Assembly: GCA_026066175.1 (NCBI GenBank)
Contig: GCA_026066175.1_4721.2
Origin: a phage
Strand: one strand, 5' to 3'
Length of the DNA: 64,000 nucleotides
Below are positions 9,326 to 19,201 of this stretch, one piece after another. The translations under genes and the position numbers were made by a program. Below the pieces are notes generated by a model, which saw only the letters and a program-made list of their open reading frames with translations, made no database searches and had not been told where the DNA came from. Each line of letters starts with the position of its first letter. Position 1 is the stretch's first letter.

Positions 9326-9931
9326 TTAACGACCCCGTTGCTGTTGTTGAATGATGAATTCTTCGATCTTCGTACCACGGAATTCGCTGTGACGAACCGC
9401 TTGCAGTTGCTCTTCAACGGTTGGGCCTGCATTGAGACCACCACGACGTGCACGGTGGATACCGATTTTACGTCGCTGACCGATTTCACGTAAACGTGAG
9501 GTTAACCCGCTCATTTCCGTCGGATCTTTAATACGTCCACGTGCAACGTTCCATAGACCACCCATGAACTCTTCGAGGATACGACTTGCTTCAAGCGAAG
9601 GCGCACGTGCGTTAGGATCGTTTTCAAGATTGTACTTTACATACTCCGTGTGCTCCAGAAGAAGCGTGAACATTTTCATCGCGTTGACATCAGGATTAGC
9701 GATACGCATCGGAACACCACGAGAGTGCTTTTCAGCGGCTTGTGGGATGGTAAGCTGTGCCGGTACCTCTTCGTTCATCGTCATATCGTCGATTTCTGCA
9801 ACCCCTGACGAGTAGACACCACTGACTTCGTTGGTATAGTTATCCACCATGAATTTACGGGGGATCCAGAATTCGAATTTACGTTCGAAAAGACGTTTGG
9901 TTGGGGTATCTTTAACGTGTTGTAGACTCAT
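9326..9931 (-). CDS. hypothetical protein (201 aa)
   Basis: ATG start; tightly packed with neighbours. Confidence 0.7.
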   Translation of the reverse strand: MSLQHVKDTPTKRLFERKFEFWIPRKFMVDNYTNEVSGVYSSGVAEIDDMTMNEEVPAQLTIPQAAEKHSRGVPMRIANPDVNAMKMFTLLLEHTEYVKYNLENDPNARAPSLEASRILEEFMGGLWNVARGRIKDPTEMSGLTSRLREIGQRRKIGIHRARRGGLNAGPTVEEQLQAVRHSEFRGTKIEEFIIQQQQRGR

Positions 9932-11244
9932 GGTTCAATAGCTCCTGCTCGTAACAGCATAATAACGAACGGTGTGAAATAATAACGATCTAACGGAGAA
10001 AGCAGTGGTATAGCGTCAACCATCTGCTTCAGTGCCGGATGACTGATTGCCTTTTCATCAATCATGTCGCGCACCATACTTTCAATAATCGTCATTGGTG
10101 CTTGGTTGCGATAGAACGCCTCGGTGAAAACGTAGTACGGGTCATCGGCGACCGACGGGAATAACGGAATGCCGTCATACTCCATTGAGGTAAGGTTGGT
10201 CACCAATGGGTTCGTCGGTGGTGTGCTTTCAGGAACAGCCAACGTTTTACCTACATCCTCACCCAGCGACGTGGTCGCAGGCCATATACAGAACCGTGCG
10301 CCACTAAAACGAATTCCACCCGCCGCCGGATACTGATAGAAACGCTTTGTTGACAACAGCGTGAATTTCACCGTCAACCGCGCCTCGTCTTCCCGACGTC
10401 CGTCCATTACCCATTCAAAGACAGAAATCGCATTCGCTTCCTGGCTGTCGTCTACGTTAAGACGTCCGAAGTTCCATGAAGGTTTTCCTTCAAGCGACGA
10501 CCATAATTTCGTAAACGCGTTAACACACCAGGGATCGTAGGTTGCAGCATCTTGACCAGGAACAAGCAGTGTGTTGAGTTCACGGCTGTAGAATTCATGG
10601 TAATACGCGTGACAAAGTCCCAGTGCACGACGGAGATAATCGTACTTACGATTGTATTTCTCCGTTGCCATTACGGGATGTTTTCCGTGCTTTAACTGGT
10701 CTTGGTCGTATAGCGTATCCTCAACGATTTTTGCTTCCAGTTCGATAAGCTGTTTTTCGTCAAGAATACGTTGGAAGGAAATATCGCATTCGTAAGCCGG
10801 TGCTAAGCTGATGTTCTTCGGCGTGATTCGGGTGATCGTGTACACCGCGATACGATGATCGAGACCGGAGATTAACAGCATGTTACCTAAAAGAGGAACC
10901 GATACCGCCGGAAGTATACACGTACCCTCTGATTGAAAACGTGCGGTCCCGTTGTCGTACGACGGCGTCAATGATGACATTAACTTGATAGGGTAATGTC
11001 TGATGCGACGGTACTGCTGTTCAGCGATGTCTCGGTTAGCTTGAAAACTGCTTTGTTCATCATCGCGACCGAGAATCTGTTCGTAATAATCACATTCTAC
11101 GGAATAACCGGATGCGTAATTCACTAACCCGATTTGACTATTGTATTGCTCATCTACCACCGCAGAACGATAAACATCGTCGCGAGCCTTCGCGGGTTGT
11201 TGGGGGTTGATGATGGGTTTCGCGGGCTTCTTAGCGAGCGCCAT
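9928..11244 (-). CDS. hypothetical protein (438 aa)
   Basis: ATG start; 4-nt overlap with the downstream gene. Confidence 0.8.
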   Translation of the reverse strand: MALAKKPAKPIINPQQPAKARDDVYRSAVVDEQYNSQIGLVNYASGYSVECDYYEQILGRDDEQSSFQANRDIAEQQYRRIRHYPIKLMSSLTPSYDNGTARFQSEGTCILPAVSVPLLGNMLLISGLDHRIAVYTITRITPKNISLAPAYECDISFQRILDEKQLIELEAKIVEDTLYDQDQLKHGKHPVMATEKYNRKYDYLRRALGLCHAYYHEFYSRELNTLLVPGQDAATYDPWCVNAFTKLWSSLEGKPSWNFGRLNVDDSQEANAISVFEWVMDGRREDEARLTVKFTLLSTKRFYQYPAAGGIRFSGARFCIWPATTSLGEDVGKTLAVPESTPPTNPLVTNLTSMEYDGIPLFPSVADDPYYVFTEAFYRNQAPMTIIESMVRDMIDEKAISHPALKQMVDAIPLLSPLDRYYFTPFVIMLLRAGAIEP

Positions 11245-12796
11245 AGCGTTTCACTCCTACGATGGTACCGACAAGGATTCTCGGTACGAATAAACTACGA
11301 TGTTTGAACCACGAAGCGGTTGTTGGGATACGTTTGATGGCTTCGATAAGCCCGATTAGCGTATAGCACCCCCGACTGTTCTTCTTAGGCCAGTACTTTT
11401 TATCTAGACCTAATACTGCAAACAGTTCATCCACCAGATTGGGATAACAACACAACGCTTCAAGTGTTTCAACCTGTAACTGACTTAAATCTAACAGTAT
11501 CGCTAGACGAACGTGGTAATCACTCCGTAGGTCTAATGGATCTTTCGCTTCAAGATCACCAACGTCGGTTAATGTCCACGCGTCTCTTGCGTAGCGGTAT
11601 TTACCCTTCCAAACCTCAAGGAAAAAAGGAGACCGGTAATGACATTTTGACCATTCTGGGTACTCACGGAACCACCGAACAAGATCGGGATGGAATTCAC
11701 CTTCTTCGGCTAACGAGTCCAACGTCACCAACAGGTTAGGTTGTTCAGGATCGATGGCAAGCAGCGCGGTGAAAAGCGTGCTTGATGGAAGTTCGGTTTC
11801 CACACTTGATGGCGGTAGCCATTCATCCAGATCAGGATACCGATACGCTTGAATCGATGCACCCTGCTCGGGCAAGAACGAATCACGAAGAATGTCCTGA
11901 TACTGCACCACCATACCACCACGACGCGCACGGGATTTATCACGCACCGAAAGGCTCGGTTTGTAAAGGTACTCTTCGGGGAGTATCTGTTGGTGTACTT
12001 GAACAGGATACCGCGCTACGATGTGTGTTGGCGTGTCGTATGTGTAACGGTAAGAGAAGGTTGCGTTGTACGAAGAACTGTTCTCATTCTTCTCGGGTTT
12101 CGGAGCGTCGGTGAAATCAAATTGACCAGAGATCTCTTCTTGCATTTCCCTGATAACCAATTTAACGCTCTTACCGTCACCTGCAACCGTCGTCATGGTG
12201 GTTGCGCGGTTGTCGAACCCGTCTCTAAGGTATTCGCTGAACTTATCCCCGTAACCCGCTATTGCTTCCCGGTGTGTATGAATAACTTTTAACAACATGA
12301 GAAACTGTGTTGGGATCGCATAGCTGTATTCGGCGCTAAGGAAGGCAGCGACGTGCTGACTTGTCAGCAAACGTTTCATGTCGTACCACCAACGTTCGGC
12401 GGTGACCTGATCCTCGAAACGTTTGGTGATTTGCATGGTCGCAACCATCGTACTGTAAACAGGCACTAACGACACACCAAGGTTACGGTCTTCAAATACT
12501 GGAAGACTGTTTCGTTTGTAAACGGTATCGTACATGGACGCCTGTTCTTCAGGGACAACGTTAAGCTCGATTTGGATAAACCCGTCAGCAGGCCCCTTTA
12601 CATCCTGATCAACAACTTGCGGTGGTTGCTCGTTCGCGGCGCTCATTTTAGCGTGAAGCGCTTCCCCTCGAAAAAGAATGTTCTCCCGACTATAATCCCA
12701 CCCGCAAAGCTCGCTGATCTGCCGTAACACCGCGATTGCAACCGGACGTGTTACCGTCGCGTATACGTCATTGATTTTTCGATCAAGTTTAGGCAT
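11231..12796 (-). CDS. hypothetical protein (about 521 aa)
   Basis: Listed start 12823 is GTG; in-frame ATG at 12796 has a GAGGA SD and sits 4 nt after the upstream stop. Confidence 0.8.
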   Translation of the reverse strand: MPKLDRKINDVYATVTRPVAIAVLRQISELCGWDYSRENILFRGEALHAKMSAANEQPPQVVDQDVKGPADGFIQIELNVVPEEQASMYDTVYKRNSLPVFEDRNLGVSLVPVYSTMVATMQITKRFEDQVTAERWWYDMKRLLTSQHVAAFLSAEYSYAIPTQFLMLLKVIHTHREAIAGYGDKFSEYLRDGFDNRATTMTTVAGDGKSVKLVIREMQEEISGQFDFTDAPKPEKNENSSSYNATFSYRYTYDTPTHIVARYPVQVHQQILPEEYLYKPSLSVRDKSRARRGGMVVQYQDILRDSFLPEQGASIQAYRYPDLDEWLPPSSVETELPSSTLFTALLAIDPEQPNLLVTLDSLAEEGEFHPDLVRWFREYPEWSKCHYRSPFFLEVWKGKYRYARDAWTLTDVGDLEAKDPLDLRSDYHVRLAILLDLSQLQVETLEALCCYPNLVDELFAVLGLDKKYWPKKNSRGCYTLIGLIEAIKRIPTTASWFKHRSLFVPRILVGTIVGVKRYGAR

Positions 12797-13172
12797 CGAT
12801 GTCGTCCTCGCTAATTTCCTCACCTCCTTGTTGTCGATATCCGGTATAATGAATCAGACTGCTCTGTAGAAGCTCTTTAACGAGCCCTAGACGCGTTTTA
12901 TCTGTTTCATTGGACGTTTCCATTAATGTTTCTATTTCGTTGTTTAAAACAGCGTATAGCGCTTCTAACGGCAATCCTTGGATGATTGGTTTGATGGTAC
13001 CTTCCGGTAGTGCCGCAACAGGAATCTGCACGACGGTTTCGTGTGCGGTATGTGGGTTAATACGGCAAATATACATACCGGGTACTGAATGTCGCGGGCA
13101 CGCCGCTACCAAGCATGTCTGTTGCTGCGCACCGTTAAGTGCGAGTGAAAGAAATTTTGCTTCACGTGTCAT
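12789..13172 (-). CDS. hypothetical protein (127 aa)
   Basis: ATG start. Confidence 0.6.
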   Translation of the reverse strand: MTREAKFLSLALNGAQQQTCLVAACPRHSVPGMYICRINPHTAHETVVQIPVAALPEGTIKPIIQGLPLEALYAVLNNEIETLMETSNETDKTRLGLVKELLQSSLIHYTGYRQQGGEEISEDDIDA

Positions 13173-13224
13173 CGCAGATTCCTGTTTGAAAGATAAGATA
13201 TCACATGATGGTCGACAGCATAAA

Positions 13225-13244
13225 GCCCACCCCGAAGGGCGGGC
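13225..13244 (-). terminator. hairpin GCCCACCC-CGAA-GGGCGGGC
   Basis: 8-bp GC stem with one mismatch and tetraloop, downstream of the 1127-aa gene stop; followed on the minus strand by TTTATGCTG. Confidence 0.5.
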
Positions 13245-13260
13245 TGTTTATGCGTACGGA

Positions 13261-16200
13261 TTACTTGTAGGCACCGCAATGGGCTTTGATGAGGAAAAGC
13301 ACCGCTTGCATCGGTTTATTGAACTGTTGCCATAACGTTAATGCCGGATGGAACAGCCAATCTTCCAGGCCGAGAACAATACCGTAGTTAACGACATTAT
13401 TAACATCGTTCTCAACGTTGAGTTCGCTATCCAGGAATTTATCGATTGAACGCAGGGTCTGCATGGCGTTGTCAGCAATAAGCCAAGCTTCATGCGCTTC
13501 ACGAGCCGCACGCAGCACTGCCTCCAGTTCGCTGATAGTAGCTACCGGTAATTCCTCACTGGTGAGGTCGTCAGAAACCGTAAACTGGCGATTGATACCG
13601 GTGTAGATCCACTGCATCAGTTTCGCTGCTTCCTCGTTCGGGTTGTTACGCGTTGTCGCATAGGTCGCGCTCATCTTCACGATATGCGTTTCACCAAGAT
13701 ACGCTTTGGACCCAACGCCTTTACGATCGCTGTCTTTCCACGGTTGTACGGTAGCGACCATGAGCTTATCCCATTTCTGAATAGGAATACGCTTCAGACC
13801 AACAACCGATCCGGCCGATGTTTCGGACTGGTTGCTCTTCCGCACTTCGCTGAGCTCGCGATCGATAGCAACGATTAATTCACGCGTCATGTTACCAAGC
13901 ATTTTGATTTCACCCAACGCAGCGATGAGCTTCTTCACATCGGTAATAGGTTCACCACCGATGGTAAGATGACGGATGAAACGTTTCAGAATAATCCGTT
14001 CTGCTGCTGGGTTACCACGACGCGCTTTAGCCAACGCTTGCTGTGTTTCGGCGAACAGCTTATCCCATGGAGCCGTAGCGGCGGTATAGTAACGGTGGTT
14101 GGTTTCAATCCAGTTACCGATACGGTTGACCGCACTCTTAACGGTATCCATGAACCCTTCCATCGCAATTTCGGTGGCTTCGACGTTACCCTGGAAGTTA
14201 TCAGGACCGATCTCACGCGCCGCCACCAGAATACCTTCCACCGCACTCACCGCATGCCGACCGATAGCCAGATTTCGCTGCGCTTCTTCAGCACGCTCAA
14301 CGAATTCTACAACCGCAGGATCGTCAACGATTTCCGCCTCAGCAACAACACGAGTACCAGCATCGCCTTCCAGTGTCTCGATGGTGACAACCGGATCGTT
14401 TTCACCAGCAACATCCTGGTACTCTTCCTGTTTGAGATCGCCGTTATCAGCCGCTGCGACAGCGGTGAGTATACGGACGGTAACATCACCGAGTTCTTTC
14501 GCAGCGAATCCGTAGACGGTACATGCTGTTGTCGCAAAGTTCATCAGTGTGCGCGTGCGTTTAACGATGTAACCAACATCGTAATCGTTGCCGCTCTTAT
14601 CGATGTCGCGGATTAACCGTTCAGCTGTCTCCTGAAGCTGTGTAGCTGCTTTCAGAAGGTCTTCGTTAAACAGTTTCGTTGACGCATCGATCAGCATATC
14701 AACACTAACGTTAGACGGTACGGCATCATCCTGCTGTTTCATGGCGCTAAGTTCGTCACGGAACTTACGAATACCGTCTAAAGCGGCGTCGGCGCTATGT
14801 CCGAACGCGGCCACGCCAGACATTGTTGTTGCTGTCAGCATGTCCGTATCAGCGTTTGGACTTTCGCCTTCTTTAAGATCCTTCAGCTGGTCGAAGAACT
14901 TACGGGATGCTTCAGCGATACGTTTGCTGTCTTTGACTGCGTTTACGATTTTATCAACCGATTTAGCATCGTTCGCAAGCAGCGTATCGAGTTTGTTCCA
15001 TTCGACGTTGACTTTCTTTTCATCCGAAGTATTACTCGGCGGAGGAAGCAGTTTCATCACCGGTGCTGTGCGTTGTTCTTTGGTCAGCTTGTTGGCCTTC
15101 CCTTCGATTTTTTTCTTATTAACACCAAAGAGATTTTTCAAACGCGCCACGAGGGCTTTTAAGAACTTCGCGACCGCTTCGTAAACCGATTTCAGAATCT
15201 GTTTAAAGCGACCCGGCTGCTTTTCCCCGTCTTCCAGATTAAGATCGCTGTTCAGCGCGACATCAAGCTGTTTGTACGATTCCATGATGTATTCGTCTTT
15301 GATTTCAGGACGAATCTCGAAGCTTTCCATCGGACCTTCAGCCGGACGGAATTCCATTTTCAGTTCGCCTTGCAGAGTAGGGTCGACAATGGCGATCGCT
15401 TCACCCTGACCATCAGCGTTAAAGCGTTCAGCGTAACGAGTACGGCGAACAATAACACTCTTATCCCCATCAAGACGACGTACCACCATGGTGCCAGGAA
15501 TGTATGGTTGTTCTGTTTCAATGACGGTTACATCTGCCTCACCTTCGCCGAGAATAACCGATGCACGCTGTTCAACAACAGGAACATCTAATACGCCACG
15601 TGCTTCCAGCTCTTGATGAATTTCGAACGACTCTTGTTTCAGATCTTCATCTTCTTCGTTTTCGTCTTCATCACCGTCACCTTTGGTGTCTTCATTACCC
15701 TCGGTGGTTTTGGTGTCGGTAGCATCAGCGTCGGCGTCTGTGTTGGTAGGTTCTTCGGACGCGGGTTCGGTGGTGCTATCCTCGGTGGACGTTTCGTCGG
15801 CGTTATCGACGTCAACATCACCTTGCAGCTCCGTTTCTTGAGCAACGGCGTCGGCTTTCTGCTCACCAGTATTGCCGTCATTAGCGTCGACAACAGGTTG
15901 TTCGTCAGCGACGGTATCTTCAACCTTTTCTACTTTCTCCACAACACGTTTAATCACGGTGACTTTGATGGGTTCTTCCGTCGTTTTGGTTTCTGGCGTC
16001 GCCTCGGCTACCTCAGCTGCTGTTTCAGCAACAGGTTCTGCTTTTTCCGGTTCGACGACATTGCCTTTAACACCTTCGGTGGTTTCTGCAGGTTGCGTCG
16101 CCTGTTCGATTTGTGCCGGATTGGTTGGATCGATGGCGTTAGCCGCATCCTGAATCTTGTTCTTCAGGTTGTCACGGTCAGCGTTAACGGTCGGATCATT

Positions 16201-16644
16201 GGTCACTTTCGGTGCCGGTGTTTCGGTCGGTGCGTTTGCTGGATATGGGTTCTTCGGCTCTTCACCAGGTGCGGTCGGTACGGCGATCAGCACGAACGGC
16301 TGCACGTCGTTACCGTCTTCCATGGTAACGCCACCGTTGCTCGGTGTGAAACGAATTCGTAAACTACCATCGATAGGACGGGTCACAATAACAGCACGTA
16401 CGACATCCTCGCCGTTCTCATCCGTGCTACGAATTACGCGAACGGCATCATCAACAGTAGCCCCTTCCTCGAGCGTATCTGATTCGATCGTCGCTTCGAT
16501 GCTGTCTGGCCGTGCCGCTGTAGGTAATGCGATCACCTGCTCTTCTTTATCAGTAGAAAGCGTTGCTTTGACTTCGATCGGTGTATCGCCGCTTTCCAGG
16601 TTAAGATGCGACTTACGCATCAAATCAGCTAACGATTTTTTCAT
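13261..16644 (-). CDS. large protein (1127 aa) with about 200-aa acidic low-complexity linker
   Basis: ATG start; central E/D/T/A-rich segment (product residues about 140-340); globular flanks. Confidence 0.85.
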   Translation of the reverse strand: MKKSLADLMRKSHLNLESGDTPIEVKATLSTDKEEQVIALPTAARPDSIEATIESDTLEEGATVDDAVRVIRSTDENGEDVVRAVIVTRPIDGSLRIRFTPSNGGVTMEDGNDVQPFVLIAVPTAPGEEPKNPYPANAPTETPAPKVTNDPTVNADRDNLKNKIQDAANAIDPTNPAQIEQATQPAETTEGVKGNVVEPEKAEPVAETAAEVAEATPETKTTEEPIKVTVIKRVVEKVEKVEDTVADEQPVVDANDGNTGEQKADAVAQETELQGDVDVDNADETSTEDSTTEPASEEPTNTDADADATDTKTTEGNEDTKGDGDEDENEEDEDLKQESFEIHQELEARGVLDVPVVEQRASVILGEGEADVTVIETEQPYIPGTMVVRRLDGDKSVIVRRTRYAERFNADGQGEAIAIVDPTLQGELKMEFRPAEGPMESFEIRPEIKDEYIMESYKQLDVALNSDLNLEDGEKQPGRFKQILKSVYEAVAKFLKALVARLKNLFGVNKKKIEGKANKLTKEQRTAPVMKLLPPPSNTSDEKKVNVEWNKLDTLLANDAKSVDKIVNAVKDSKRIAEASRKFFDQLKDLKEGESPNADTDMLTATTMSGVAAFGHSADAALDGIRKFRDELSAMKQQDDAVPSNVSVDMLIDASTKLFNEDLLKAATQLQETAERLIRDIDKSGNDYDVGYIVKRTRTLMNFATTACTVYGFAAKELGDVTVRILTAVAAADNGDLKQEEYQDVAGENDPVVTIETLEGDAGTRVVAEAEIVDDPAVVEFVERAEEAQRNLAIGRHAVSAVEGILVAAREIGPDNFQGNVEATEIAMEGFMDTVKSAVNRIGNWIETNHRYYTAATAPWDKLFAETQQALAKARRGNPAAERIILKRFIRHLTIGGEPITDVKKLIAALGEIKMLGNMTRELIVAIDRELSEVRKSNQSETSAGSVVGLKRIPIQKWDKLMVATVQPWKDSDRKGVGSKAYLGETHIVKMSATYATTRNNPNEEAAKLMQWIYTGINRQFTVSDDLTSEELPVATISELEAVLRAAREAHEAWLIADNAMQTLRSIDKFLDSELNVENDVNNVVNYGIVLGLEDWLFHPALTLWQQFNKPMQAVLFLIKAHCGAYK

Positions 16645-16659
16645 AAAACGTTGTTCCTC

Positions 16660-17763
16660 TTAAAAGTAATATTTCAGCGCCTCGCGAGAGACGTCAAGCA
16701 TAGCCGCCGTTGAGTTCGTGAAGAACTCGGCATAGCCCACAAGCGGCACCTTGATCCACGCGGTATACGCTGTAAGGTATCGAGAAAGGGCTACCATAGC
16801 ATCATCAGAAGCTGTAATGGATAACTGACCTTGTTGACGATACACATCGTTCAGTTTTGCTTGCAGGTTCCCTGCGATCTCAAGTAATTCGTTGGCGTAC
16901 TTTTTACGATGGTACGTAATAAGCAGATCAACACCGGTATTTACCGATTCGAGTAAAACGCCAATCTGCTCCAACGACGGCATGGTTACAACCATATCAC
17001 GCTCAACAGACACGACGTCCTGAACTTCAAATCGTGCTGATTGAATCGCGAGAGATTGTTGGATTGCTCCAGAACCCGTTGCGGTAACCTGATCAAGTCG
17101 TAGCATCCGGTTACCTAACAACGTCGTGTTAACCAGCCGCGATTCATTCAACGCACTGTACACCTTGTTCAACAGCGTGTGTGCATCACGATTAATCACA
17201 TCGATTAATGCGGTATCCGTCTGTTTTAAGATGATGTCAAGCGCTCTGTCTAACGTGTTTGCGAACTGTTTGAAGTCATCACGGAACGACGTTGACAACA
17301 GGTATTCTGCGATCTTCAGGTTTTGTTTGTATAACGTGTTTCCGGTGGTGAAGTCGAACCCGAAACTGTTTCCATAACGCAAATGTGGTGCGAGCGTGGG
17401 TGAGGCTTCAAAACTTTGCGCGATGGGTTTATGTCCAACCGCTTTCGTGTATTGACGACGGATATTACTCAGCTCGATTTGCAACGCACGACTGCGGTCG
17501 ATATACCGTGCGATGAAAGCAGTGATATTCCGCAACGTTGTCCAAATCGCATCGATGATCGCTTTGATGATTTTCATCGCAAGCTGGTTGTATGATTCCA
17601 GGGTAAGGAGATCAGCGCTTTCTGTAGCATAACCGGTTGCCAGAGCGCCGCCCGCTTGCTGATAAATAAGCTGATGGATTTGTCGTTGTGTTGCCGTCTC
17701 AGGTAGAGGTAAGGTTTTTAACAAGCTTAAGGCTTGGATTTGTCCATCATTGGTCTGCAGCAT
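16660..17763 (-). CDS. hypothetical protein, member of 5-gene paralog family (about 368 aa)
   Basis: Listed start 17826 is GTG; ATG at 17763 has a GAGGAA SD. Family-like helical segment with conserved Trp (AIIDAIWTTLRNI). Confidence 0.7.
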   Translation of the reverse strand: MLQTNDGQIQALSLLKTLPLPETATQRQIHQLIYQQAGGALATGYATESADLLTLESYNQLAMKIIKAIIDAIWTTLRNITAFIARYIDRSRALQIELSNIRRQYTKAVGHKPIAQSFEASPTLAPHLRYGNSFGFDFTTGNTLYKQNLKIAEYLLSTSFRDDFKQFANTLDRALDIILKQTDTALIDVINRDAHTLLNKVYSALNESRLVNTTLLGNRMLRLDQVTATGSGAIQQSLAIQSARFEVQDVVSVERDMVVTMPSLEQIGVLLESVNTGVDLLITYHRKKYANELLEIAGNLQAKLNDVYRQQGQLSITASDDAMVALSRYLTAYTAWIKVPLVGYAEFFTNSTAAMLDVSREALKYYF

Positions 17764-19048
17764 TGCGGGTTTCCTCAAGTTCGAGATGTGCATCAAGGTA
17801 ATCGTTAAGACCATCGATGACGTCACAGACCGTTAACAGGAATCGAGCAAAAGCAACGGCCTGGAAGCCAACGACATTACGAGCAATGCTAACACGTTGC
17901 ACAATGGCGGTTGAAGCCGCTTGGTCATCGTAGATCTGATGCAACAAACGTTCGTAGGGCTGAATCCATTCATCTTGATCAGCGAGGCTTGCCTCAAGAC
18001 AACGTTTAAATTCCAATTGACGTAGCGTTGACCATAAGGTGCTTAATGCGCCGATGATGGCGTTGGTTCCATCAAGAACATCGTTCAAGGGCAGGAAACG
18101 GAATCCGTCCTTCGCTGACTGGAAAGGAATGGCTTCCCATACAACGCTAAACTGTGCGCCAGTATAATCATCGACGTTCAGTACTTTTAACTGCGAAGCG
18201 CCAACCGGTGCGTTTATGATGACGTCATTGGTTTCAGTGTTCTCCAACGGCTTTTCACACAACGCGTCGTTGATCGCCTTAAGGATGTTTTCCCAACATG
18301 CCTCATTTTCAGCCGCGATGTTATCTTTGTTCTCCAACACCGGTGCTTTTAATAACCGCATCAGTAACGGATCAAGCTGACGATGCCATGCCGCCAGTAT
18401 CCCGGTATTTGTCATGATGTTTTCTGCGGTCTGTTGTAAATCCGCAACGCTGCTTACCGCACCGCCTCTTGGATGGAGATATCGCCAGTTATACGGGAAG
18501 TTCTCCCAGAAGGCATTATCTTCGTTAACCGTATATGCAGGAAGATTTTTCAGTTTTACGGCTTTCTTCAGCAACGGTTTTACTTGACGCACAAAACGAC
18601 GATAACTGCGGTTGCAAATATCAATGGCGTAGCGATACAACTCGTTCATGTAAAGCCATAACGCTCGGGTTGCCTCTTTCGCGGTTTTGTCAAAACTTTC
18701 CATGTTAAGACTCATCCCACCTGAGGTTTCCTCTTCCATCCCATCGATGATCTGATTGGGATCCATTCCCATCCCAGCCGCTGCGGTTGAAGCGATATGT
18801 TTGATGGTATTAATATCACGTTCTTCAACTTCGGTCATGTTAGGGACAATATCTAACCGGAGTTTGTTTAATGTTTGAAGGTGTTGTTCACCTTCCTTCA
18901 TGACGGTGTTCGTTTCATCGAGTGAGCGAAGCTGATTTTCGATATTACCGACATCGAGGATGTTGCCAGCGACACCGAATGATTCTACAGGTTCATCATC
19001 TATCCCTTGAAACAACGCGGTCATGGGTTGTTGCAACACGTTTTCCAT
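17747..19048 (-). CDS. hypothetical protein, paralog family (433 aa)
   Basis: IKHIASTAAAGMGMDPNQ and ATRALWLYM segments align with the 19202 and 20504 gene products. Confidence 0.8.
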   Translation of the reverse strand: MENVLQQPMTALFQGIDDEPVESFGVAGNILDVGNIENQLRSLDETNTVMKEGEQHLQTLNKLRLDIVPNMTEVEERDINTIKHIASTAAAGMGMDPNQIIDGMEEETSGGMSLNMESFDKTAKEATRALWLYMNELYRYAIDICNRSYRRFVRQVKPLLKKAVKLKNLPAYTVNEDNAFWENFPYNWRYLHPRGGAVSSVADLQQTAENIMTNTGILAAWHRQLDPLLMRLLKAPVLENKDNIAAENEACWENILKAINDALCEKPLENTETNDVIINAPVGASQLKVLNVDDYTGAQFSVVWEAIPFQSAKDGFRFLPLNDVLDGTNAIIGALSTLWSTLRQLEFKRCLEASLADQDEWIQPYERLLHQIYDDQAASTAIVQRVSIARNVVGFQAVAFARFLLTVCDVIDGLNDYLDAHLELEETRNAADQ

Positions 19049-19105
19049 TTAGGACTCCTACGTAGGAAAGATCATGGTGGGTGATCATGTCCACCATTGT
19101 GCGCG

Positions 19106-19128
19106 GTATGGAGCGTGGCTCCATACCC
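19106..19128 (-). promoter_or_regulatory. perfect 10-bp hairpin GGTATGGAGC-GTG-GCTCCATACC in the 5-prime leader of the 17747-19048 gene
   Basis: Lies between the conserved palindromic hairpin and the start codon. Confidence 0.35.
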
Positions 19129-19162
19129 AAGTCAAAAGATAACCGGATATTAACGGCATATA

Positions 19163-19194
19163 CCCTCCTCCTTCCCTTCCGGGTTGGAGGAGGG
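19163..19194 (-). terminator. conserved palindromic hairpin (inverted orientation)
   Basis: CCCTCCTCCTTCCCTTCCGGGTTGGAGGAGGG, between the 19202 stop and the 19048 start. Confidence 0.55.
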
Positions 19195-19201
19195 ATTTAG
19201 C

